64,000 nt of DNA from Dehalococcoidia bacterium (GTDB lineage Bacteria; Chloroflexota; Dehalococcoidia; Plut-88900), in the NCBI GenBank assembly GCA_965249275.1, contig CBDFLQ010000006.1, positions 384,001 to 448,000 on the forward strand, read 5' to 3'. The number at the start of each line of letters is the position of its first letter. The stretch's first letter is position 1. Made by a program: the position numbers and the translations under genes. The notes under the pieces were generated by a model. That model was not told where the DNA came from. It searched no databases and worked only from the letters and a program-made list of their open reading frames with translations. Below, one piece after another: positions 29,084-38,266 of the stretch.

Positions 29084-30445
29084 CTACCCCTCCCCCAACC
29101 GAGCCACCAGATAAGCCATATCCCTGTCACCCTTGACCCGATTGCAATTCGGGCACAGCAGCTGCAAATTCTCCGGGTGGTCCGACCCTCCCCGACTCCT
29201 CGGCACCACGTGGTCCACCTCCATGATCCTGAATAGGAACTCCACCTTGCACCCCCCACACCTCCCCTCCTGCCGGCCAAACAGCACGTGCTTCTGCTTC
29301 CGGTACGGGATCGGGGCCTCGATATCCGTCCGCCGAGGAATATCCGTCCTGGCAGTGACGAGCCTGCTGTGAAACAGGTCTCCCATGAAATCCCGAAGCC
29401 GCATATTCACCAGCTCGACCGCCTTCTCCGAGATGTCTATCCCGACCCACTTCCTCCCCAGCTTCTCCGCCGCCACACACGCCGTCGCACACCCGCAAAA
29501 CGGGTCCAAAACAACGTCCCCCGGATTCGATGACGCCGAGATTATGCGTTCAAGAAGGGCTAGGGGCTTCTGTGTCGGGTAACCAATACGCTCCTTAGCC
29601 TGGGAGTTGATGGCGTTGATATCTGTCCATACCGACTGCAGTGGCCGACCCTTAATCTCGTCGAGATATCTCTTCAACCTGATACCGCCTCGGGTTGTGA
29701 AGTGCAGCTTGCCGTCGCTATCCAATTGGCGCATTGTCGTCAATGGAACACGCCATAGCGACGAGACACCCTTGTATTCATATTCGTAGCCCCCGCCCGA
29801 TAGCCCTTTGGCAGAAAGGTCATAATCTGACCAAGCTCTACCATCTGAATCCTGACGCCGGAATCTGGCTCTATACACATCATCGTGGGGTTGATAATGG
29901 ATATTCCACGTCCAACGGTCATTAGCTGAATAAAACAGGATGGCGTCAGAGTTCTTCCCGTAACGAACTGAATCGTTATGCGCCGTAGTACGTTGCCAAG
30001 TGATTTCATTCTGAAACTGAGCTGACCCAAAAATCGAGTCCATCAACAACTTAAGGTAGTGTGAGGCCGTCGGGTCGCAGTGCAGGTAGATGGAGCCCGT
30101 GTCCTTGAGCACCCGACGCATCTCCAGCAGCCGCACGGCCATCATGCACAGGTAGGACTGCATCCCCTTCCCGTGCGTCAGCCCCGCCGTCTCTATCACC
30201 TTGTACATCGCCGGCTGCTCGTCGGCGATAAGGCCCATCCAGGCCGTGTCCAGGTCCGACAGCGTCCACGTGTCCTTGAACGCCGCCCCCGCCGCCCGTG
30301 ACCCCACCGGCGCAGCATAGTTCCGGTTCGAGTTGAACGGCGGATCGAGATATATCAGGTCCACCGACTCCGAGTTCAACCCCCTCAAAATATCCAGGTT
30401 GTCCCCCGTCCAGATCGTCTTGTCTACAAAATTAGCTTCAGCCAT
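29084..30445 (-). CDS. Beta-class N6/N4 DNA methyltransferase fused to a C-terminal HNH endonuclease
   Basis: DLIYLDPPF, YPTQKP and LDPFCGCAT, then CGGC...VDHVVPRSRGG....NLQLLCPNCN..KG. Confidence 0.92.
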   Translation of the reverse strand: MAEANFVDKTIWTGDNLDILRGLNSESVDLIYLDPPFNSNRNYAAPVGSRAAGAAFKDTWTLSDLDTAWMGLIADEQPAMYKVIETAGLTHGKGMQSYLCMMAVRLLEMRRVLKDTGSIYLHCDPTASHYLKLLMDSIFGSAQFQNEITWQRTTAHNDSVRYGKNSDAILFYSANDRWTWNIHYQPHDDVYRARFRRQDSDGRAWSDYDLSAKGLSGGGYEYEYKGVSSLWRVPLTTMRQLDSDGKLHFTTRGGIRLKRYLDEIKGRPLQSVWTDINAINSQAKERIGYPTQKPLALLERIISASSNPGDVVLDPFCGCATACVAAEKLGRKWVGIDISEKAVELVNMRLRDFMGDLFHSRLVTARTDIPRRTDIEAPIPYRKQKHVLFGRQEGRCGGCKVEFLFRIMEVDHVVPRSRGGSDHPENLQLLCPNCNRVKGDRDMAYLVARLGEG

Positions 30446-30486
30446 ACGCCTAGTTTAGATTAACCGTCAAACCCCCACCCCTTTAT

Positions 30487-30966
30487 CACTGTCATTCCGA
30501 GGCTCCGCGAGGAATCTGGGGCGAAGGGGCGGGGGTTCTATCCCCTCCCCATCCCGTAGGGGCGACCGGCCGGTCGCCTTCCCCGGGGCTGAGGGGCCGC
30601 TCATCCTGAGCATGCTGAAAGTGCGCCTCTGGAGCATCGAAGGGTCGAGCGGGGGCGGCCCACGCCCCTCCAATCCGTCACGCCCCACTCACCCAACCCA
30701 CCCCCTTTTCACTGTCATTCCGAGGCTGCGCGAGGAATCCATCCCGCGGGGTAGGGCCTACTCCCCTCCCTGTAGGGGCGACCGGCCGGTCGCCTTCCCC
30801 GGGGCTGAGGGGCCGCTCACCCTGAGCATGCTGAAAGTGCGCCTCTGGAGCATCGAAGGGTCGAGCGGGGGCGGCCCACGCCCCTCCAATCCGTCACGCC
30901 CCACTCACCCAACCCACCCCCTTTTCACTGTCATTCCGAGGCTGCGCGAGGAATCTAGGACTTGCC
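30487..30966 (+). repeat. Composite REP array with a near-identical direct repeat (216-bp period)
   Basis: GTAGGGGCGACCGGCCGGTCGCC at 30556 and 30772; three GTCATTCCGAGGCT..GGAATC copies. Confidence 0.9.
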
Positions 30967-31011
30967 CTCTCACACCTTTCCTTGCCTTCCTTCCCCTCCC
31001 CCCTTGTTAAC

Positions 31012-31052
31012 GATATATCAGCCATGTTGCACAGCAACATGGCTGATATATC
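31012..31052. repeat. Perfect 19-bp inverted repeat with a 3-nt loop
   Basis: GATATATCAGCCATGTTGC-ACA-GCAACATGGCTGATATATC. Confidence 0.9.
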
Positions 31053-31055
31053 AAT

Positions 31056-31165
31056 AAAACAGGGCGGGTGGTCGGGACTCAACTTATCCCGGGGGTCGGG
31101 GTCGAAGACTCGCCGAGGCGCGTGACACGAACCCCTTGACTAGATACAAACATATGTACTATATT
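31056..31165 (+). promoter_or_regulatory. Dispersed conserved element ending in a sigma70-like promoter (copy B)
   Basis: Same core as 27098-27241; TTGACT(31136)-18 bp-TATATT(31160). Confidence 0.65.
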
Positions 31166-31907
31166 CACTCTCGACTGATCCGTCACCCACCCCAAACCCC
31201 AAAGGAGGAACCAAAAACTAGGGAAGCCCACCCGACCCACCCGAGGACTCAACGCCTCAGCCCATCCCAACGGCCCCCGCGCAGGCCCGCGGCACAAGCG
31301 AAAGTCGCCATCTCCTCATCCCCACCGGGTCCCGTGCCCCTTTCCCTGACCACTAGGCGATGGAAGACGCCCTGGACCGTACTTAAAAGTCTCCTCCCGG
31401 AGCAACCTGACCCATGAGCGGAACGGGGCAGCCCGTAGCCGAGGTCTGCTCGGCTCTCCGTCCGCTTCCCAAAAAAACTGGGCTGTCCGCCACTCCCGGC
31501 TCCTGGATACAGGCGGCGAACCGGATACCCACTACTCCTGCGAGGGGAACTGACCCTGGACTTTCCCCTTCCTGCACCCGCCTCCGGCGGACAGCGCAGC
31601 CAACCTTCATTGGAGCCTATGACGGATGACGGACCCGTACGTCCGACCATACTTCCAGGTCTAGGCGGCGGCGGAGCCCCGTCCCCACGTTCCCGGGACG
31701 CCTCCATGCCCGCATTATCTAAAGATAGGGAGCCTAATCCAGCAAGCGTCTTTCATCGCCACCTCCCCACCCCACCAAACAAAACCGAAACCCCCGACCC
31801 ACAACTGAATAAAGGCTGTCCCCTGGGCGTGAACGATACGGTTTCCCTACCCTGTAGGGGCGACCGGCTGGTCGCCCTGGGGTGGGGCATCCCCCACCTT
31901 CAACCCC

Positions 31908-32564
31908 CTAACCCCCCAGCCTCTCCTCCAACCTGCGCAGCGACCGTTCCAGCTGGTGCTGTCGATAGGCCACCGTCAGGTCTCCCCTGGTACGCTCCAC
32001 CACTCCCCTTACCATGTCCGTAGTCCGCCGGAGCCCCGAGGTGATTCCATCAGGAAAATCAATGGTCGTTAGAGCGGTGTAGATAGCGTCGATCTGCTCC
32101 AGCTTCCGTTCGCAAAGGTCTATGTCGCCCTTGCGAAGGGTATCCAGGATGTGCCGCCGCATCTCCCCAACCGCCTCCCCCATCCCGTTCAGATAAGCCG
32201 GATACCCGACCCTTAGCTCGTCCGGGTCCGGTAAAGGCCTTTCCGATGCCAGGGACAGCGTGATCTGCCCCTCGGCGTACTCCTTTTGAGCGTCGTGCAG
32301 AAAGCCCGCGTGATATACCGAGGGATGTCCTGCCAACGATTCTTCGGCCCGGTCCAGCAACTCTCGCGCCCGTGCCAGCAGCCTCTCTGCCTCCTCAAAC
32401 TCTCCCCGATGAGTCGCCCTGATAGAGTTGGCGCAGTGCCGGATCGCGTCTCTCGACCCCCGCAGCCCCTCCTCCCTAGCCCCGTGCTTCTCCGATAGGC
32501 TTGCCCGAACCTTCTCGATTATCGGCCCCAGGTTGGAGACCGGCCCCGGCCCTTCACTTGGCAT
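31908..32564 (-). CDS. Translin/Trax family protein
   Basis: RE..L..SR..IR....SI...HRGE, QKEYAE, YL.G.GE.VGE.RR and LRR..D..R...E.T motifs. Confidence 0.85.
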   Translation of the reverse strand: MPSEGPGPVSNLGPIIEKVRASLSEKHGAREEGLRGSRDAIRHCANSIRATHRGEFEEAERLLARARELLDRAEESLAGHPSVYHAGFLHDAQKEYAEGQITLSLASERPLPDPDELRVGYPAYLNGMGEAVGEMRRHILDTLRKGDIDLCERKLEQIDAIYTALTTIDFPDGITSGLRRTTDMVRGVVERTRGDLTVAYRQHQLERSLRRLEERLGG

Positions 32565-33204
32565 GACGCCCTCGGGACGCTGCATTAATCTTCTCGCTTA
32601 GCTCCCTAGCCGCCGCCTCTATGTCCGGTGCTGACAGTACCGCGCTAATCACGCATATCGAATCTGCACCCGCTTCCACCACCGGCCCCACGTTGTCGGC
32701 GTTGATACCACCAATCGCTACCACCGGAGTGGACACCCCACCCGACACCGACTCCAGCGTCACCAGGCCCGCGGGCCGCGTCACTGCCTTGGACCTCGTC
32801 GGATATATCGCCCCGACCGCTATGTAATACGCACCGTCGGCCTCGGCCTTTCTCGCTTCCTCCACCGTCGCCGTCGACACCCCAATAACCGCTCCCTCCG
32901 GCATCAAGGCCCGAGCCTCAACCAAAGGCAGGTCCTTCTGTCCCAGGTGCACGCCATCCGCTCCCGAGGCCAAAGCCAGGTCCACATGGTCATTCACGAT
33001 CGAAGTTACACCGGCCGCGGCACAGATGCGGTTGACTTCCCTGACGATGGGTAGCTGTTCACCCTTGTCCCGGGTCTTGTCGCGCCACTGGATCACCCGA
33101 GCCCCACCCCGAATCATCGCCTCTGCCGCCTCTACCTCCGAAATCCCTTTGAGAAAGCTCGGGTCGAGAATAACGTACAACCCCGAGATCTTGCCGCTCT
33201 TCAT
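32554..33204 (-). CDS. thiE: Thiamine-phosphate synthase
   Basis: QWRDK, VNDHVD, ADGVHLGQKD, YPT.SK and VAIGGI motifs. Confidence 0.95.
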   Translation of the reverse strand: MKSGKISGLYVILDPSFLKGISEVEAAEAMIRGGARVIQWRDKTRDKGEQLPIVREVNRICAAAGVTSIVNDHVDLALASGADGVHLGQKDLPLVEARALMPEGAVIGVSTATVEEARKAEADGAYYIAVGAIYPTRSKAVTRPAGLVTLESVSGGVSTPVVAIGGINADNVGPVVEAGADSICVISAVLSAPDIEAAARELSEKINAASRGRHAK

Positions 33205-33229
33205 AGCACCCTTGGCCAATCTCCGAGCT

Positions 33230-33574
33230 TTAGATATCCTTGATCGCCGGAGGCATCTCACCGTCCCGAGCCGCGTCGATCATCTCCCGCGCCTGCTCCG
33301 GCATCTCGACACCCATATCACCCAATCTCTTCTCAGCCCACCGGCCAATGTTCGTCGGGTCCTTGTAGTAGTCGTCGGTCGGGTTCAACTGCGGCGGCCC
33401 CGATGCATCCCACTTGTCCTGCATCGACCTGTGATACGCCACCTGGGATATCATTCGGCTGAGATCGGCGCTCCCGCAGGACTCGCAAACCGGGTTAGCC
33501 GTCGAGCCTATGCTGCGCAGGAAGACACTCGTCGTCCTGCGACAGTCTGAGCATCTGTATTCGTAGATCGGCAT
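33230..33574 (-). CDS. FmdB-family zinc-ribbon protein
   Basis: MPIYEYRCxxC...CxxC motif. Confidence 0.88.
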   Translation of the reverse strand: MPIYEYRCSDCRRTTSVFLRSIGSTANPVCESCGSADLSRMISQVAYHRSMQDKWDASGPPQLNPTDDYYKDPTNIGRWAEKRLGDMGVEMPEQAREMIDAARDGEMPPAIKDI

Positions 33575-33575
33575 A

Positions 33576-33929
33576 TTAGTCGAAGTCTCCGTCGTCGCCT
33601 GGCTCTTCGGGCATGTCCCCCGCCTCCATCCGGTCCACTATCTCCCCGAACTCCGGGCCCATTTCCTCGCCCATCGAGTCTTCCATCTGCCGCATCATGT
33701 CTGCCATTACCTTCGGGTCTTTGTCGTCGCTGCCGCCCCAGGACGAGGGGTCCGATAGCTCTTCTAATCGGCTTTCGTCGGATTTGAGTATCGCCACCCG
33801 GGAAATCAGCCTCGAAAGCTCTCCAGACCCGCATTCAGGACATGCCTTGGACGGCGGGTCCACGAACCCCCGCACGAGCAAACTCACCTTGCGGTTACAT
33901 CCCCCACAGCGATATTCATAAATAGGCAT
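33576..33929 (-). CDS. FmdB-family zinc-ribbon protein with acidic C-terminus
   Basis: MPIYEYRCxxC...CPECG motif. Confidence 0.88.
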   Translation of the reverse strand: MPIYEYRCGGCNRKVSLLVRGFVDPPSKACPECGSGELSRLISRVAILKSDESRLEELSDPSSWGGSDDKDPKVMADMMRQMEDSMGEEMGPEFGEIVDRMEAGDMPEEPGDDGDFD

Positions 33930-33984
33930 CTTGGATTTCGTCTCGGCCCGAATTCTAGCACATCGATCCCGTCCAACCCTTATC

Positions 33985-34265
33985 CGTCATTCCCGCGGAG
34001 GCAGGCCGAAGGTGCGCCTCAGGCATGAATCCAGAGGTGCAGGGCGAGATCCGCACCGTCCAGTCCCCTCTCCCTTGATGTGTCTGCAGATGCGCACCTG
34101 TTCCCCATGCCATCTCGAAAGCCCCCATGTCATCCCGAGGCTCCGCGAGGGATCTAGGACTTGCCCATTCACCTTCCTCCTTAAAGCATCCATCCAACGG
34201 ACTGACCCGCTCATCCTGAGCCAGCTGAAAGTCCGCCTCTGGAGGATCGAAGGGTCGAGCGGATA
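33985..34265 (+). repeat. REP cluster with 22-nt insertions
   Basis: GTCATTCCCGCGGAGGCAG[...]GAATCCA, GTCATCCCGAGGCTCCGCGAGGGATCT and CCTGAGCCA[GCTGAAAGTCCGCCTCTGGAGGA]TCGAAGGG. Confidence 0.8.
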
Positions 34266-34279
34266 GGCACGCATATCCC

Positions 34280-34651
34280 CTACCCCTCCCCCCACCCCAC
34301 CGCATTCCGTATCAACTGCACCCGAGGCCGAGCCCCTCCCGCCTCTATCCCAACCACGTCGATACGCCACTCCCTATCCTCGTAACCCTTCTCCTGAACA
34401 TACTCTTGCGCCGACTGAACCAGCTTCTGTTGCTTTGCCGCCGTCACAGACTCCTCAGGCCTCCCAAACGCCCTCGTCCGTCGGCTCTTCACTTCCACAA
34501 ACACCAGGCAATCTCCGTCCCACGCCACGATATCGACCTCCCCATACTTCCCCCGATACTTCGCCTCGATTATCGAATACCCCTTCTGTTCAAGGAATCG
34601 GCGGGCGTATTCCTCACCCCAGTCCCCAAATCTCGTCCGTTCGTGAGGCAT
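34280..34651 (-). CDS. yraN: YraN family (UPF0102) endonuclease-like protein
   Basis: G.WGE..A..FL..KGY, GEVDIV, LVFVEVK.R and RIDVV motifs. Confidence 0.92.
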   Translation of the reverse strand: MPHERTRFGDWGEEYARRFLEQKGYSIIEAKYRGKYGEVDIVAWDGDCLVFVEVKSRRTRAFGRPEESVTAAKQQKLVQSAQEYVQEKGYEDREWRIDVVGIEAGGARPRVQLIRNAVGWGEG

Positions 34652-34662
34652 ATTCCCCGACC

Positions 34663-35313
34663 CTAGACCAGCATCCCGAGCCCGGTCACCCGAGCCACGG
34701 GAGCAAAGCTAACCCGATGAATGATGCACGAACCCTGCCTGTACAGCGCCTCAATGTGCTCCCGAGTCCCGTATCCCTTGTTCCGCAAGAAACCATACCC
34801 CGGATACCTCCGGTCCGCTTCTACCATCATCCTGTCCCGAGCCACCTTTGCCACTATCGACGCCGCAGCTATGGTCAACGACACCCGGTCCCCCTTAATC
34901 GGACACTGCTGAGGTAGATCGATTCCCGGAAGAGACAGCGCATCGATGAGCAATGCTTGGGGTTGAGGAGAAAGCTTTCCTATCGCACGGCTCATGGCCC
35001 GACGCGTCGCCCCTACTATCCCCACCGCATCAACCTCCCGCACTGAGGCCCACCCTATCCCCACTGCCAAGGCCACCTCGTGTATCCGCAAATCCATCCG
35101 CTCTCTAGCCGATGCCGTCAGCTCCTTCGAATCCCGAATCCCGACTAGACTGGATTCAGCGATATCCTGCGGGAAAATTACCGCTCCTGCCACTACCGGG
35201 CCCGCCAGAGGCCCCCGCCCCACCTCGTCCACCCCTGCAACGTAGGTGATATCTTGCCCCCAGAACACGTTCTCCAATGCCAATCCGGGAGGCCGACACT
35301 TAACTGGAGTCAT
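34663..35313 (-). CDS. rnhB: Ribonuclease HII
   Basis: AGVDEVGRGPLAGPV, DSK, IAAASIVAKV.RD and NKGYGT motifs. Confidence 0.97.
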   Translation of the reverse strand: MTPVKCRPPGLALENVFWGQDITYVAGVDEVGRGPLAGPVVAGAVIFPQDIAESSLVGIRDSKELTASARERMDLRIHEVALAVGIGWASVREVDAVGIVGATRRAMSRAIGKLSPQPQALLIDALSLPGIDLPQQCPIKGDRVSLTIAAASIVAKVARDRMMVEADRRYPGYGFLRNKGYGTREHIEALYRQGSCIIHRVSFAPVARVTGLGMLV

Positions 35314-35387
35314 TCGGTTGGCCTGCCTGCGTAGCTACGGGCATTGGCCATATTCCACCTTCGTCGAAGCTGCGATCGCAGTAAGAA

Positions 35388-36521
35388 TCAGGGTTTGGCA
35401 GGCACGGGCACTCGAGTCCCGTCACTGGCTGACTCATCAGAGGAGGCGCTCAGTGGACCATCTATCACCCCACCCCCCACCACCTCATCCCCGAAATAAA
35501 ACACCGATGCTTGACCCGGAGTAACGGCCCTCTGAGGCGAATCAAACAGCACGCTGGCCGTGTCCCCGTCCGGGAGTAAGGTCGCACCTACTTCCGATGC
35601 CCGATGCCTTATTCTGACACTTATCCTCGTAGGCTCGACTGGAGCAACCCCCGACACATAGCTCACCTTGGAAGCCGTCAACCCTTCCGACCAAAGATCG
35701 GCGTCTTCACCAACCACTACCTCGTTCCGCTCCGCATCCAGCGAAACCACGTACCTCCGACCCAGGGACCCCACCCCCAACCCCTTCCTCTGCCCCACCG
35801 TGAACTCCTCGATCCCTCCGTGCGAGCCGATACGGTTACCTTCCATGTCGACAACGTCGCCTTGCCTGGGCTCGATGCTCTTCCGCAGAAAGCCGCGGTA
35901 GTCGCCGTCCGGGATAAAGCAGATGTCCTGACTGTCCGGCTTATCTGCAACCGGCAGGTCCAACGACCGGGCAATCTCCCGAATGCGGGGCTTGGGATAC
36001 TCTCCGACTGGGAACATGAGCCTCGAAAGCTCCTCCTGTCCCAGTCCATACAGTACGTAGCTCTGGTCCTTCCCCGGGTCCCGAGCCTTCAGCAACTTGT
36101 ACCTGTCACTCGACTGCTCGATGCGCGCATAGTGCCCAGTCGCCAGCTTGTCCGCACCCAAGGCTCGGGCTCGCTCCATAAGGAACCGGAACTTCACCTG
36201 CTCGTTGCAGGCGATGCACGGGTTGGGCGTCCGGCCCTGCCGGTACTCCCCTAAGAAATATTCGATGACCTTCGCCCTGAACTCCTTCTCGAAGTTCTGG
36301 ACATAGTGAGGTATGCCAAGTATGCGGCACACCCGCCGGGCGTCGGTCGTGTCCTCGGCCGTGCAGCACCGCTTGTTCTGCCGACTCTCCCCTCCCGGCT
36401 GAGGTGCGGAAAGCCGCATAGTAACGCCTATGACGTCATATCCCGCATCCTTCAGAAGGTATGCCGACACCGCGGAGTCGACTCCCCCACTCATGGCCGC
36501 AACTACTACGTCGTTCTTCAT
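35388..36521 (-). CDS. mnmA: tRNA 2-thiouridylase
   Basis: [34 protein letters not shown] and TPGQ motifs. Confidence 0.97.
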   Translation of the reverse strand: MKNDVVVAAMSGGVDSAVSAYLLKDAGYDVIGVTMRLSAPQPGGESRQNKRCCTAEDTTDARRVCRILGIPHYVQNFEKEFRAKVIEYFLGEYRQGRTPNPCIACNEQVKFRFLMERARALGADKLATGHYARIEQSSDRYKLLKARDPGKDQSYVLYGLGQEELSRLMFPVGEYPKPRIREIARSLDLPVADKPDSQDICFIPDGDYRGFLRKSIEPRQGDVVDMEGNRIGSHGGIEEFTVGQRKGLGVGSLGRRYVVSLDAERNEVVVGEDADLWSEGLTASKVSYVSGVAPVEPTRISVRIRHRASEVGATLLPDGDTASVLFDSPQRAVTPGQASVFYFGDEVVGGGVIDGPLSASSDESASDGTRVPVPAKP

Positions 36522-36663
36522 CTCTTGATATAGTCTCACTTATTGAATTCCATTCGAGGATATCACGCTCCTTCGAATAGCGGCAATCTCTCCCCTGTCT
36601 CCATCGTTGACCCGAGCCTCTCCGGTGCTACAATTGGGTATCTCAAACCCGCAGGAGGCAAGC

Positions 36664-37008
36664 CTGGAGCCCCTCGAACAGGCGCGCAAGATCACCGAGA
36701 TCGCATCGGAGAGGCAGGGATCCGACATCCTGCTTCTGGATGTCAGCGAGGTCTGCGGTTTCGCCGACTACTTCGTGATAATGAGCTCCCTCACCCCCCG
36801 TCACACCGTCGCCCTGCGCGAAGAGATAGAGTCCGGCCTGAAAGGCATAAGCGACGACCTTATTCACAGAGAGGGCTCAGCAAGCTCCGGATGGGTCCTG
36901 CTCGACTACGGAAGCGTGGTCGTTCACATCTTCTCCGCCGCCGAGCGAGAATACTATCGGCTGGAAAGCCTCTGGGAACACGGCAACACCATCGTCAGAA
37001 TCCAGTAG
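36664..37008 (+). CDS. rsfS: Ribosome silencing factor (probable CTG start)
   Basis: DI.LLDV, ADYFVI, WVLLDYG.VVVHIF...R.YY.LE.LW motifs; AGGAGG at 36653. Confidence 0.92.
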   Translation: MEPLEQARKITEIASERQGSDILLLDVSEVCGFADYFVIMSSLTPRHTVALREEIESGLKGISDDLIHREGSASSGWVLLDYGSVVVHIFSAAEREYYRLESLWEHGNTIVRIQ

Positions 37009-37015
37009 CTCCCTC

Positions 37016-37465
37016 CTACTCCAATATCCACGGCTCCACGTTCCGCTCGTAGCTGATTAGTTCCCCGCTCCCGAAGAACAGTTCCAGTTCAGTCACCGCG
37101 TTCTCCGGGGAGTCCGACCCATGAACCAGGTTCCGGCCAATGTCCATCCCAAAGTCCCCCCGAATCGTACCCGGAGCCGCTTTCTTGGGGTCGGTAACCC
37201 CCATCATAGCCCGCACCACTTCAACTGCTTTCGGGCCTTCCAGCGCTATTGCCACAATCGGGCTGGACGTTATGAAGTTCACCAGCCCCTCGAAAAACGG
37301 CTTGCCCTCATGGACTCCGTAGTGTCGACCCGCCAGGGCCCGGTCCATGTGAATCATCTTCATCCCGACAATTTTGAGTCCCTTCGACTCAAACCGTCCT
37401 ATCACCTGCCCCGATAGGCCCCTCTGAACTGCGTCGGGCTTTAACAAAACTAGCGTTCTTTCCAT
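37016..37465 (-). CDS. ndk: Nucleoside-diphosphate kinase
   Basis: ERTLVLLKPDAVQRGL, PGTIRGDF and NLVHGSDS motifs. Confidence 0.98.
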   Translation of the reverse strand: MERTLVLLKPDAVQRGLSGQVIGRFESKGLKIVGMKMIHMDRALAGRHYGVHEGKPFFEGLVNFITSSPIVAIALEGPKAVEVVRAMMGVTDPKKAAPGTIRGDFGMDIGRNLVHGSDSPENAVTELELFFGSGELISYERNVEPWILE

Positions 37466-37565
37466 GCTTACCTATTACCAGCGCCGCCATCAGACGACGC
37501 TGCCCTCCTTAATCAATGTTCATCTTCGAAAGATGTAATGCGTAGCTATATTAGCAGAACCGACC

Positions 37566-38255
37566 TCACCCTCCCGGCGGCCGAGTCGACTTCGATATCG
37601 ATGGTCGGCGCAGGTAAAACGGCTGTAGTGTCACGGGGTCGTCCACTTCTCCCTTGGCTATCTTCCCAATGCCGATATCCCCCATACACACCGCCCTCGA
37701 CGCCCGCCCCACCCCTTGCGGTATCAACGCCCGCCCCCCGAGCCGATCCCTCAACTCCGACTCCATCTCCTGCGTGATCCCGCCACAGAAAATGGTCGGC
37801 TCGCCGACCAATTCGGCGAGAGCCTCTATGGTCGTCACCCTGTCTTCGGCCGTCTTCTCCATTTCCACGTCATTCATCCGATACGACGCCGCGGCCACCT
37901 CCCCCCGCCCCACCGGCAGCAGCGACCATACCGGCACGCCAAGCCCAACAAACGGGAAAGCCGACGCATCCAGCGTGTCAATAGCCACCAGCGGCGCACC
38001 CGTCGAAACGGCGAACCCCTTGGCCGTCGTCATCCCCACCCTCAACCCCGAGAACCCACCCGGCCCCAGGCTCACCACAAAGCCCTTCAGGTCATGCAAG
38101 CCTAATTCGGCCTTTCCAAGGAGATGCAGGATGGCTGGTACTAGCTCTGCAGAATGGTTCTGCCTAGTGCGCCAATGGAACTGCCCAGCCACCTCAGTCT
38201 CGTCCATCAGGGCCACCCCTAGGTCTTTCGTAGCCGTGTCGATTACCAGGTACAC
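37566..38255 (-). CDS. tsaB: tRNA t6A biosynthesis protein TsaB
   Basis: IDTAT, HSAEL.P, GPGGFSGLRVG and P.YLR motifs. Confidence 0.93.
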   Translation of the reverse strand: MYLVIDTATKDLGVALMDETEVAGQFHWRTRQNHSAELVPAILHLLGKAELGLHDLKGFVVSLGPGGFSGLRVGMTTAKGFAVSTGAPLVAIDTLDASAFPFVGLGVPVWSLLPVGRGEVAAASYRMNDVEMEKTAEDRVTTIEALAELVGEPTIFCGGITQEMESELRDRLGGRALIPQGVGRASRAVCMGDIGIGKIAKGEVDDPVTLQPFYLRRPSISKSTRPPGG

Positions 38256-38266
38256 CTAAGCCCCCG

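Noticed and set aside
31300-31600. RNase P RNA or tmRNA on the - strand (GGGGAAAGTCC)
   Set aside because: It lacks the 3' AGAACCCGGCTTA-type pairing motif and tRNA-like ends.
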